A program made the translations under genes and the position numbers. 64,000 bases of DNA from an uncultured Actinomycetes bacterium (lineage in GTDB: Bacteria > Actinomycetota > Acidimicrobiia > IMCC26256 > DASPTH01): assembly GCA_963841415.1 (NCBI GenBank), contig CAWJCN010000001.1, forward strand, positions 1,379,334-1,443,333. The letters are read 5' to 3'. Shown here in pieces: positions 19,066 to 27,518 of the stretch; position 1 is the stretch's first letter; each line of letters starts with the position of its first letter. Under the pieces are notes generated by a model. It was given only the letters and a program-made list of their open reading frames with translations. It was not told the origin of the DNA and did no database searches.

Positions 19066-20754
19066 CGCAGGTCGGTACTCGAACGTCGTGCTACCCGCGA
19101 GGCGCCCCCGCACCAGTCGACCCGGGCGCGCCGCAGTCGGTTCGCCGTCGTCGATGAGCACCTCCCCCGCCACCAGCGTGGCGAGGAATCCCACCGACCG
19201 CTGCGACAGGCGCGGTGCGCCTCCGGGCAGGTCGTGCACGAGCTCGGGCATCGCCGGCGCCACCGTGTCGGGATCGAACACGTTGAGGTCGGCCACCAGC
19301 CCCTCGCGCACGAGGCCACGATCCGCGAATCCGTAGGCGCGCGCCGGTTCGAGGGTCAGCATGCGCACCGCCTCTTCGAGGGTGAACTCCTGGCAGTTGC
19401 GCACCCAGTGCCCGAGGAGGTGCGTCTCGATCGACGCGTCCGACATCTGGCTGACGTGCGCGCCCGAGTCGGAGAACCCGACGACGGTGTGCGGGTGCGC
19501 GAGGCAGCGCTTGACGGTCGCGTGGTCGAACGGTGAGAACGTCTGCCAGAAGAGCTGGCGCATGTCGGTCTCGAGCGCGAGTTGGATCATCAGCTCGGCC
19601 GGGTGCACGGCGCGCTCGGCGGACACGTCGGCCACGGTCGGGTTCGGCGGCAACGGCGACGAGAACACCTGCATGCGGTCGAACTCCGGCGGACGCGCCT
19701 CCCCGCCGAACGCCTCCACGTACGGCCCCCCGTCGGCGATCTTGACGAGGCGTGCGACGACTTCGGGGTCCTGGAGCTGGCGGCGTTGCTCGTCGACCGG
19801 CAGGCTGCGCAGCTCACGCCATTCGGGCAGGCGGTCGAAGGGCAGCTGCGAACGGAACGACGAGAACGCGCCGATGCCGCGGGGATGCGTCACGCCCCAC
19901 ATCCGCGCACCGCGTGCGATGGTGTCGTCCAGGAACGCGAGCGAGTGGTCGCTCATCCCGGTGGTCGCGACCGGTACGCCGGTCGAGATCGCGAGCTCTG
20001 CGAGCAGCTGGTCGGGGTTGCCTTCCGGTGCGTCGCGGTCGGCCACCATCTGGAACACCCCGACACCGAGGTCGGCGAGCACGTCGACCAGCGCGCACAC
20101 CTCGTCCCACGACGCGAGGCGCGATGCGACCGGCTTGTCGTCGGACGTCTGGTGGTGCTTCGTCCGCGAGGTCGTGAACCCGAAGGCTCCGGCGCGCATG
20201 GCGGTGTCGAGCTCCGCCCGCATCGCAACCAGGTCGTCGTCGGTGGCGTCGCCCTCGAAGGCTCGCTCCCCCATCACGTACGTGCGCAGCGCGGAGTGAC
20301 CGATGTTGGCGGCGTAGTTGATGCCCTTGGGGAGCCGGTCGAGCGCGTCGAGATACCCGGCGAAGTCGGTCCACGACCACTCGATCCCGGCGGCGAGGGC
20401 GGCGGGGGCGATGTCCTCCGCGCGCTCGAGATTGCGCACGACGAGCGCGTGCGTGTCGTCGTGGGTGGGTGCGAGCGTGAAGCCACAATGGCCCATGACC
20501 ACCGTCGTCACGCCGTGCCAGCACGAGTTCGTGCCGAGCTGATCCCAGAACACCTGCGCGTCCATGTGCGTGTGCGCGTCGATGAAGCCGGGGGTGACGA
20601 CGTGACCGTCGGCGTCGATGTCGGTCGCGGCCCGGTCCTTGATGTGACCGATCTCCGCGATGTGCCCGTCGGCGATGCCGACGTCGGCGCGGAATGGCGC
20701 GAGGCCGGTGCCGTCGACCACGGTGCCGTTGCGGATGACGATGTCGAAGCTCAT
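18364..20754 (-). CDS. N-acyl-D-amino-acid deacylase (D-aminoacylase) family amidohydrolase; ORF as assembled lacks a stop at the expected C-terminus
   Basis: MSFDIVIRNGTVVDGTG...PGFIDAHTHMD metal motif. Family-like sequence ends near ...AARPGRLVRG (~19105). The remaining ~245 aa run antisense through the SDR at 18220..19065. One extra base in the C5 run 19105-19109 would give ...LVRGAPRG-TAG at 19091-19093. Confidence 0.8.
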   Translation of the reverse strand: MSFDIVIRNGTVVDGTGLAPFRADVGIADGHIAEIGHIKDRAATDIDADGHVVTPGFIDAHTHMDAQVFWDQLGTNSCWHGVTTVVMGHCGFTLAPTHDDTHALVVRNLERAEDIAPAALAAGIEWSWTDFAGYLDALDRLPKGINYAANIGHSALRTYVMGERAFEGDATDDDLVAMRAELDTAMRAGAFGFTTSRTKHHQTSDDKPVASRLASWDEVCALVDVLADLGVGVFQMVADRDAPEGNPDQLLAELAISTGVPVATTGMSDHSLAFLDDTIARGARMWGVTHPRGIGAFSSFRSQLPFDRLPEWRELRSLPVDEQRRQLQDPEVVARLVKIADGGPYVEAFGGEARPPEFDRMQVFSSPLPPNPTVADVSAERAVHPAELMIQLALETDMRQLFWQTFSPFDHATVKRCLAHPHTVVGFSDSGAHVSQMSDASIETHLLGHWVRNCQEFTLEEAVRMLTLEPARAYGFADRGLVREGLVADLNVFDPDTVAPAMPELVHDLPGGAPRLSQRSVGFLATLVAGEVLIDDGEPTAARPGRLVRGRLAGSTTFEYRPASVGPARGFLFVEGAVDAVEPSTDGRSRRRVREHVQSVGEDGVDGESTHVVGGEDIALLEPFHGCIVVTRVGLLHCRAGIVGTPVAGGVSDVGVDDHRAQDRHTDAVVAQLARQHLAQGHDAVLGDAVRPEPDVRYETRERGGEEHMAAFALLDHPRHEGFHPVDGPPEIDVDDPAPVVVTHLRRGSGEGDARVVEHDVHLPQRAERFLGEVGHLVDAPHVARHAERIPALGAQ

Positions 20755-20770
20755 CAGTTGGTACTCCTGG

Positions 20771-22009
20771 TCAGGTGCGCGCGTGTTCGGGGCGCAGGTC
20801 GCCGGGGTCGAGGTCGAGCATGGTGATCGTGTTGCCGCGAACGAGCAGCTCGAGCTCGTCGGGCGACACCCGGGACGCGATCTCGCGGACGACGTCGGGG
20901 GTGTTCGGCCAGGTCGAATCCTGGTGCGGGTAGTCGGTCTCGAAGCACAGTTGCTCGACGCCGACGAGGTGACGCGTCTCGATCCCGACCATGTCGTCGA
21001 AGAAGGAGCCGTAGACGCGGCCGGGAACCTGGGTCGACGGCGGATCGACGACGAGCGGATCGAGACCCGACCACGCGCCCGCGTTCGTCACCACGCGGTC
21101 GAGCCGTTCGAGCAGGAAGGGCATCCACCCGATCTGGCTCTCCGAGAACGCGATCTTCAGGTGCGGGAAGCGCAGCAGCGTGCCCGACAGCAGCCAGTCG
21201 GTCATGGCCATGTACGCGTTGAGCGACGTCAGCGCGGTCGTCACGCCCGGCGGCGCGTCATTGCTCGTTCGCTGCATCACGGACCCGGATCCGATGTGCA
21301 TGCAGACGACGGTGCGGGTCTCGTCACACGCGGCGAAGAGCGGATCCCAGTGCCGGTCGCGATCGTGGATCGACGGCAGGCCGAGGTTCGCGGGCAGCTC
21401 GGTGAACGTGATCGCCTTCTGGCCGCGCGCCGCGTTGCGCCGCACCTCCGCGGCCGCGAGCTGCGGATCCCACAACGGGACGATGCCCAACGGGATGAGA
21501 CGGCCGCGGCTGTCGCCGCACCACTCCTCGATCATCCAGTCGTTGTAGGCGCGCACACACGCGTGCGCGAGCTCCTTGTCGTTCGCCTCGGAGAACAACT
21601 GGCCGGCGAACCTCGGGTAGTTCGGGAAGCAGAGCGACCGCTCGACGCACGCTTCGTCCATGTCGGCGAGACGAGCATGAGGGTCGTAGCAACCTTTGCG
21701 CATCTCGTCGAAGCGGATCGGTCGCATCGAGTACTCCTCCTCGGGGTACCCGACGCACGCCATCACCAGCGGAGTGCCGCGCACGACATCTTCGAAGACC
21801 CACCAGTCGGCGACCGGCCCGTCGCCGCCGCGCACGTACGCACCCTCGCTGCCGTCCGCGCGCGGCACCTGCGTCGTCGGTCCCGGCTCGACGCGCGGTC
21901 CACGGTCGCGGTACTTCGCGGGTAGCCAGCGCTCCCAGAGGTCTGGCGGCTCGACCACGTGATCGTCGGCCGAGACGACCCACGGCATCGAGCTGTCAGC
22001 GGAGTTCAC
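20771..22009 (-). CDS. amidohydrolase-2 family protein
   Basis: VVSADDHVVEPPDLWERWLP is a typical N-terminal metal-binding HxE/DxH region. The size is 412 aa, and the gene lies 16 nt downstream of the D-aminoacylase gene. Confidence 0.85.
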   Translation of the reverse strand: MNSADSSMPWVVSADDHVVEPPDLWERWLPAKYRDRGPRVEPGPTTQVPRADGSEGAYVRGGDGPVADWWVFEDVVRGTPLVMACVGYPEEEYSMRPIRFDEMRKGCYDPHARLADMDEACVERSLCFPNYPRFAGQLFSEANDKELAHACVRAYNDWMIEEWCGDSRGRLIPLGIVPLWDPQLAAAEVRRNAARGQKAITFTELPANLGLPSIHDRDRHWDPLFAACDETRTVVCMHIGSGSVMQRTSNDAPPGVTTALTSLNAYMAMTDWLLSGTLLRFPHLKIAFSESQIGWMPFLLERLDRVVTNAGAWSGLDPLVVDPPSTQVPGRVYGSFFDDMVGIETRHLVGVEQLCFETDYPHQDSTWPNTPDVVREIASRVSPDELELLVRGNTITMLDLDPGDLRPEHART

Positions 22010-22063
22010 GATCGCGGCCGCCTCTCGGGTGGACGAGCTCCATGATGCCTTCTCCGAGGCGAC

Positions 22064-22363
22064 TCAGGACAGGGGGCGCTCGCCGGTGACGTCGTACACG
22101 AAGATCGACACGGCCGTCGGCCGCACCGTCGACGCGTCGGGTCGTGGCGCCTGTCTCATGCGGGCCCCGTGAGCGTCGAGGTCGGCCTGGCTCTCCCATC
22201 GCTCGTACAGCACGGCCCGGCCCGGATCCACCGGATCGGCGGCGATCACGTACTCGATGCAGCCGTGCTCGGCTCGGGACGTCTGCATGCCCTCGATGCG
22301 CTCGGCGACGAACGCGTCCCTCTCGCTCGGGTCGACTTCGAACCATCCTCCGACGATGACCAA
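22064..22363 (-). CDS. antibiotic-biosynthesis-monooxygenase (ABM/ferredoxin-like) domain protein
   Basis: 99 aa with the pattern GCIEYVIAADPVDPGRAVLYERWESQADLDAH, typical of ABM domains. Confidence 0.7.
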   Translation of the reverse strand: MVIVGGWFEVDPSERDAFVAERIEGMQTSRAEHGCIEYVIAADPVDPGRAVLYERWESQADLDAHGARMRQAPRPDASTVRPTAVSIFVYDVTGERPLS

Positions 22364-22491
22364 CGCAATTTCCTCCGGTGTGCGGTGCCGCCTGACCTGT
22401 TCGCGCCGAGTCTTGCCGCTGGCGAGAAGCGCCGTGGCGGCGCCAGTCCCGTCCGGCGATGAATTCGGGCCCGGAGAGTGGTCTCACTGAT

Positions 22492-22980
22492 ATGGCAACC
22501 GAGCACGTCACCGCAACGACGACGATCGAGGCCGCCCCGGAGGCGGTGTTCGCGGTGCTGGCCGACCCGTCGGCCCACGCCGACATCGACGGCACCGGCT
22601 GGGTGCGCGGGTCACTCGAGGGCGATCGCATCACCGCCGCCGGCCAGGTCTTCCGGATGGCGATGTACCACCCGAACCACCCGGACAAGAACTACGAGAT
22701 CGCCAACCTCGTCGACGTGTTCGACGAACCGCGGGCCATCGCGTGGAAACCCGGGACCGAGTCACCCGAGACCGGCGACCTCAGCTTCGGCGGCTGGACC
22801 TGGCGCTACGACCTCGAGGCGACCGGCCCGTCGCGGACGACGGTGACGCTGACGTACGACTGGTCGGCCGTCGGGCCCGAGGTGCGCGAGCACCTCCAGT
22901 TCCCGCCGTTCGAACCGGACCACCTCGACCATTCGCTGCAGCACCTGTCCGAATTCGTGCGCAACGAGTCACTGTCCTGA
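22492..22980 (+). CDS. SRPBCC (START/polyketide-cyclase-like) family protein
   Basis: The N-terminus ATTTIEAAPEAVFAVLADPSAHADIDG is typical of SRPBCC proteins. Start chosen at ATG 22492. Confidence 0.7.
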   Translation: MATEHVTATTTIEAAPEAVFAVLADPSAHADIDGTGWVRGSLEGDRITAAGQVFRMAMYHPNHPDKNYEIANLVDVFDEPRAIAWKPGTESPETGDLSFGGWTWRYDLEATGPSRTTVTLTYDWSAVGPEVREHLQFPPFEPDHLDHSLQHLSEFVRNESLS

Positions 22981-24063
22981 CCGGTTCGGGAGTTGCGCCG
23001 TGACGTGGAGCCCGCCCTCGGCCCGGGGCGTGAGGGTGAGGGTTCCGTCGTGTGCTTCGGTGATGCTCTTGACGATGGCCAGGCCGAGGCCGACGCCGGC
23101 GTGGTCGGTGCGTATGCGCGTGGAGCCGCGCTGAAACGGCTCGGCCAGCATGGCGACCAGTTGTGGGGTGAGCTTCTCGCCGGTGTTCTCGACCGAGAGC
23201 ACCACCCCATCGGGGTGAGCGCTGGTCGTGACCCACACGGTGCCCTGTTCCGGCAGGTTGTGGACGATGGCGTTGTGCACGAGGTTCGTCGTCAGCTGCA
23301 GCAGCAGCGCGGGTGAGCCAATGGTGGGGGTCGCCTCGCCGGCGGTCTCGATGGTGACGGAGCCCTTCTCTGCGATGGGGAGGAGCATTTCGGTGGCTTC
23401 TTCCGCGATGAGCGACAGGTCGACGTGCTCGCGGCTGAAGGATCGTCGGTCGGTGCGGCTGAGCAGGAGCAGTGCCTCAGTGAGGTCGATCGCTCGGGCG
23501 TTGACTTCGTGGAGACGGTCGACGAGCTCGCCGTGGTCGCGGCTCGGATCGTGACGGGCCACGTCGAGCAGTGTCTGGGTGACCGCCAGCGGAGTGCGCA
23601 GCTCATGGGACGCGTTGGCGGCGAATCGCTGCTGTTCGGCGACCTGAGCTTCGAGCCGTGCGAGCATCGCGTCGAAGGCGTCGGCGAGCTCCCGGAACTC
23701 GTCATTGGGGCCAGGGAGCTGAATTCGGTGCGAGAGCGATCCGTCCGCCGCCACGCGGGTGGCGTCGGTGATGCGGGTCAACGGGGCCAGCATCCGGCCG
23801 GAGAGCAGCCAACCTCCGACGAGACCGAACACCAGGAGGAACACCAGCACGATGACGGCAACCGTTCCGAACCCGTTGAGGGGGTCGGAGCGGTCGAAGA
23901 AGAACCACCACGACGGATGCATGTGGGCGAGCGCACCGTCGGGGATGTAGCGCAGCACGACCACCCAGACAGCGGCGAGCATCAAGACGCCGGCGAGCAT
24001 GAGGAAGCCGGCGTAGCTGAGGGTGAGCTTGAGGCGAACGCTCAAGCCAGGAGCTCGCTCCAC
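22969..24063 (-). CDS. vanS: VanS-like sensor histidine kinase
   Basis: Two TM helices flank a short ~25-aa loop, followed by a HAMP domain. H-box ASHELRTPLAV and N/G boxes NLVHNAIVHN and GVGLGLAIV are present. It lies directly downstream of vanR and beside vanHAX. Confidence 0.85.
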   Translation of the reverse strand: MERAPGLSVRLKLTLSYAGFLMLAGVLMLAAVWVVVLRYIPDGALAHMHPSWWFFFDRSDPLNGFGTVAVIVLVFLLVFGLVGGWLLSGRMLAPLTRITDATRVAADGSLSHRIQLPGPNDEFRELADAFDAMLARLEAQVAEQQRFAANASHELRTPLAVTQTLLDVARHDPSRDHGELVDRLHEVNARAIDLTEALLLLSRTDRRSFSREHVDLSLIAEEATEMLLPIAEKGSVTIETAGEATPTIGSPALLLQLTTNLVHNAIVHNLPEQGTVWVTTSAHPDGVVLSVENTGEKLTPQLVAMLAEPFQRGSTRIRTDHAGVGLGLAIVKSITEAHDGTLTLTPRAEGGLHVTAQLPNRSGQ

Positions 24064-24073
24064 GGTCTCCTCC

Positions 24074-24757
24074 TCACGCCCCGTTGCCGGGTCGCGTCTC
24101 GATGCGGTAACCCACGCCGGTCACGGTCGTGATGATCCAGGGCTCGCCGAGGCGTTTGCGCAGTGCCGAGACCGTGATGCGCACGGCGTTGGTGAACGGG
24201 TCGGCGTGCTCGTCCCACGCTCGTTCCAAGAGCTCTTCCGCGCTGACGACACCGCCTTCAGCCGCAACGAGGACTTCGAGCACCGCGAACTGCTTCCGGG
24301 TGAGCGCGACGTAGCGGCCGTCGCGGTAGACCTCGCGACGGAACGGATCCAGCCGCAGACCCGCGAGCTCGCGCACCGGTGGCCGGTTGTGCGCACGTCG
24401 ACGGTCGAGTGCTCTGAGCCTGAGCACGAGCTCTCGCAGTTCGAACGGCTTGGTGAGGTAGTCGTCGGCGCCGAGCTCGAACCCGGAGGCCTTGTCGTCG
24501 AGACGGTCCGCCGCGGTGAGCATGAGGATCGGCATGCCGCGGTCGGAGGCGACGATGCGTCGGGCGATCTCGTCGCCGGTTGGTCCGGGGATGTCGCGGT
24601 CGAGGACTGCGATGTCGTAGGCGTTCACGCGCAGCAGCTCCAGCGCGGTGTCGCCGTCACCTGCGATGTCGGCAGCGATCGCTTCCAGGCGCAAGCCATC
24701 GCGGATGGCTTCCGCCATGAAGGGCTCGTCCTCGACGATCAGCACACGCACGTCCAC
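24074..24757 (-). CDS. vanR: VanR-like OmpR/PhoB-family response regulator
   Basis: Receiver domain VLIVEDEPFMAE...DIAVLDRDIPG, with a winged-helix C-terminus ending VTGVGYRI. GTG start at 24757. Confidence 0.9.
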   Translation of the reverse strand: MDVRVLIVEDEPFMAEAIRDGLRLEAIAADIAGDGDTALELLRVNAYDIAVLDRDIPGPTGDEIARRIVASDRGMPILMLTAADRLDDKASGFELGADDYLTKPFELRELVLRLRALDRRRAHNRPPVRELAGLRLDPFRREVYRDGRYVALTRKQFAVLEVLVAAEGGVVSAEELLERAWDEHADPFTNAVRITVSALRKRLGEPWIITTVTGVGYRIETRPGNGA

Positions 24758-24776
24758 GTGATGCTAACGACCGGGT

Positions 24777-24795
24777 GCATATCGCCGGCATATCG
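24777..24795. promoter_or_regulatory. direct-repeat candidate VanR boxes in the vanR/vanH divergent region
   Basis: GCATATCG at 24777-24784 and 24788-24795 gives an 11-bp (one helical turn) spacing. The two genes are separated by only 84 bp. Confidence 0.5.
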
Positions 24796-24841
24796 AAAAC
24801 CGGATACGTGCCGGCAACGCCACGATCCCTTCACTGGCGGA

Positions 24842-25879
24842 ATGCTCATCGACGCACCCGGGGACGCGCCCGCGCAACCGACACCGCGTCGGACCCAGAC
24901 CCGTCGACCCGAGAGCTGCGGAATCACCGTGTACGGCTGCGAACCGGACGAGGCGGATCTGTTCCACGAGCTGTCGCCGCGCTTCGGGATCGTGCCCACG
25001 ATCACCCGCGCTGCCGTGGCGGACACCACCGCCATCGCCGAGCCGGGGAACCGATGCATCAGCGTGGGACACAAGTCCGAGCTCACCGGGCCGATGCTGC
25101 GCGCGCTCGGGGCAGCCGGCGTGGAGCACATCTCCACCCGGAGCATCGGCTTCGATCACATCGACCTCGATGCTGCGGAGCGCCTCGGGCTCACCGTCGA
25201 GAACGTGGTCTACGCGCCGGACGGCGTCGCCGACTTCACCCTGATGCTGATCCTGATGGCGATCCGCAACGTGAAGCACGTCGTCAGCGCGGCGGAGCAG
25301 CACGACTTCAGGCTGGGCAGCGTTCGAGGGAAGGACCTGCGCGACCTGACCGTCGGCGTGCTGGGGGTCGGGCACATCGGCAGTGCCGTGATCACACGGC
25401 TGCACGGATTCGGGTGCCGGGTGCTCGCCGACAACGACAACCGGCCGGCGGCGGTCGCGGCGGACTTCGTGCCCCTCGATGTGCTGTTGCGAGAGAGCGA
25501 CGTCGTCACGCTGCACGTGCCGCTCAACGCCGACACGCATCACTGCATCGGACGCGAGCAGTTCGAAGCGATGAAGCCGGACGCGATCCTCGTCAACACC
25601 GGGCGTGGCGCGCTGGTCGACACCGACGCGCTGCTCGTGGCGCTGGAGAGCGGGAAGCTCGGCGGCGCCGCGCTGGACGTGCTGGAAGGTGAGGAAGGGA
25701 TCTTCTACTTCGATCGCACGACGAGTCCGGTCGACCATCCGTTGCTGCGGCGGCTGCAGCAGCTCCCGAACGCGATCGTCACACCGCACACCGCCTACTA
25801 CACGGCACGGGCGTTGCGCGACACCGTCGAGGAGACGCTCACGAAGTGTCTGCGCTTCGAACGGAGCCGGTCCGCATGA
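24842..25879 (+). CDS. vanH: VanH-type D-lactate (D-2-hydroxyacid) dehydrogenase
   Basis: ITVYGCEPDEADLF, NAD motif GVLGVGHIGSAV, NTGRGALVD, and TPHTAYYT. ATG 24842 is the only in-frame start downstream of vanR. Confidence 0.85.
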   Translation: MLIDAPGDAPAQPTPRRTQTRRPESCGITVYGCEPDEADLFHELSPRFGIVPTITRAAVADTTAIAEPGNRCISVGHKSELTGPMLRALGAAGVEHISTRSIGFDHIDLDAAERLGLTVENVVYAPDGVADFTLMLILMAIRNVKHVVSAAEQHDFRLGSVRGKDLRDLTVGVLGVGHIGSAVITRLHGFGCRVLADNDNRPAAVAADFVPLDVLLRESDVVTLHVPLNADTHHCIGREQFEAMKPDAILVNTGRGALVDTDALLVALESGKLGGAALDVLEGEEGIFYFDRTTSPVDHPLLRRLQQLPNAIVTPHTAYYTARALRDTVEETLTKCLRFERSRSA

Positions 25880-26907
25880 GCAGGCTCACGATCGCGGTCT
25901 TGTTCGGGGGCTGCTCGGAGGAACACGACGTGTCCGTGAAGTCCGCGACGGAGATCGCGGCGAGCCTCGACACGTCGAAGTACGAGCCGATCTACGTCGG
26001 CATCACCAAGAGCGGCGTCTGGAAGCTGTGCGAACGGCCGTCCGCGGACTGGGAAGACGGTGACTGCCGTCGCGCCGTGATCTCGCCCGACCGAGAGACG
26101 CACGGGCTCCTCGTCGGAGAGCGTGGCGAGTCTCGAGCGGTGCACGTCGACGCGGTGTTCCCGGTCTTGCACGGCACGACGGGTGAGGACGGTGCGGTGC
26201 AGGGCTTGCTCGAGCTGTCGGGAATCCCCTACGTGGGTTGTGACATCCAGAGCTCGGCGACCTGCATGGACAAGACGCTCGCCTACAAAGTCGCACGCAG
26301 CGCGGGAATCGACACCCCCGAGTTCTGCGTCCTCGACGGTGCCGGCACGACCGTGCCCGACGCACTCGCGTACCCGGTGTTCGTCAAGCCGGCGCGGTCA
26401 GGCTCGTCGTTCGGCGTGACCAAGGTCGAGTGCGCCGGCGAGTTGGACGCCGCGCTCACGGCAGCACGGCGCTACGACAGCAAGGTCGTGATCGAGCAAG
26501 CGGTCGTCGGCACCGAGGTGGGCTGCGCCGTCCTGGGCCGCGGTGCCGACCTCGTCGTCGGAGCAGTGGATCAGATCGAGCTGCGGCACGGCTTCTTCCG
26601 CATCCATCAAGAGGCGGCGCCGGAGCAGGGCTCCGAGAACGCGGTCATCACCGTTCCGGCGGAGCTGCTGGACGCTGAGCGCCGGCAGATCCAGGGAATG
26701 GCGAAGTCCGTCTACTCGGCACTCGGCTGCGAGGGTCTCGCCCGGGTGGACATGTTCCTGCAGGGCGATGGCCGCGTCGTGCTCAACGAGGTCAACACCT
26801 TGCCCGGTTTCACGTCGTACAGCCGCTATCCCCGCATGATGGCCGCCGCGGGCTTGAGCCTCACCGACGTGATCGATCGCTGCATCTCGTTGGCGATGAC
26901 GCGCTGA
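25876..26907 (+). CDS. vanA: VanA-type D-alanine--(R)-lactate ligase
   Basis: ATP-grasp Ddl family (AVLFGGCSEEHDVSVKSA). The omega-loop region FRIHQEAAPEQGSENAVITVPA has the VanA-type His rather than the Ddl Tyr. The ATG overlaps the vanH stop (ATGA). Confidence 0.9.
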   Translation: MSRLTIAVLFGGCSEEHDVSVKSATEIAASLDTSKYEPIYVGITKSGVWKLCERPSADWEDGDCRRAVISPDRETHGLLVGERGESRAVHVDAVFPVLHGTTGEDGAVQGLLELSGIPYVGCDIQSSATCMDKTLAYKVARSAGIDTPEFCVLDGAGTTVPDALAYPVFVKPARSGSSFGVTKVECAGELDAALTAARRYDSKVVIEQAVVGTEVGCAVLGRGADLVVGAVDQIELRHGFFRIHQEAAPEQGSENAVITVPAELLDAERRQIQGMAKSVYSALGCEGLARVDMFLQGDGRVVLNEVNTLPGFTSYSRYPRMMAAAGLSLTDVIDRCISLAMTR

Positions 26908-26909
26908 AC

Positions 26910-27518
26910 ATGGAGCCGGGATTCGTCTTCTTGGACGAGGTGCTGCGGGAGGTCCGCTGGGACGCCAAGTACGCGACGTGGGACAACTTCACGGGCACGC
27001 CGGTGGATGGATACGAGGTCAACCGGATCGTCGGTTCGGACGCCCTGGCGGACGCGCTGCAGGAGGCGAAGACGCGAGCTGCGGCGATCGGCTTCGGTGT
27101 GCTGCTCTGGGATGCGTATCGCCCTCAGCGAGCGGTGGATCGCTTCCTCGAGTGGTCGGGACAACCCGAGGACGGACGCACGAAGGCTCGGTTCTATCCC
27201 AACATCGACCGAGCCGAGATGTTCACGAGCGGGTATGTCGCGCCGAAGTCCGGCCACAGCCGGGGAAGCGCCGTCGACCTGACGCTCTACCACCTCGACA
27301 CCGGGGATCTCGCGGCGATGGGCGGCGGTCACGACCTCATGGACGAGCGCTCACACCACGGGGCGCGAGGAGTCTCGGCGGTCGAAGCACGGAATCGCCG
27401 GACCCTCTGTGACGTCATGGAACAGAGCGGCTTCGTCCGGTACGAGTGCGAATGGTGGCACTACTCGCTGAGGGACGAGCCGTACCCCGACACCTACTTC
27501 GACTTCCCCGTCCTGTAG
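26910..27518 (+). CDS. vanX: VanX D-Ala-D-Ala dipeptidase
   Basis: Zinc and catalytic motifs SGHSRGSAVDLTL and ECEWWHY. The size is 202 aa, and the gene starts 2 nt after the vanA stop. Confidence 0.9.
   Translation: MEPGFVFLDEVLREVRWDAKYATWDNFTGTPVDGYEVNRIVGSDALADALQEAKTRAAAIGFGVLLWDAYRPQRAVDRFLEWSGQPEDGRTKARFYPNIDRAEMFTSGYVAPKSGHSRGSAVDLTLYHLDTGDLAAMGGGHDLMDERSHHGARGVSAVEARNRRTLCDVMEQSGFVRYECEWWHYSLRDEPYPDTYFDFPVL

Noticed and set aside
24023-24841. The long N-terminal extension of the vanH ORF (618 aa). The same kind of extension is seen on the lhr ORF (from 40002) and the alsD ORF (up to 47778).
   Set aside because: The extensions run antisense through well-supported genes (vanR, the AhpD-like gene, the DUF2330 and cupredoxin genes). 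They lack any family similarity. Internal starts with proper N-termini exist.
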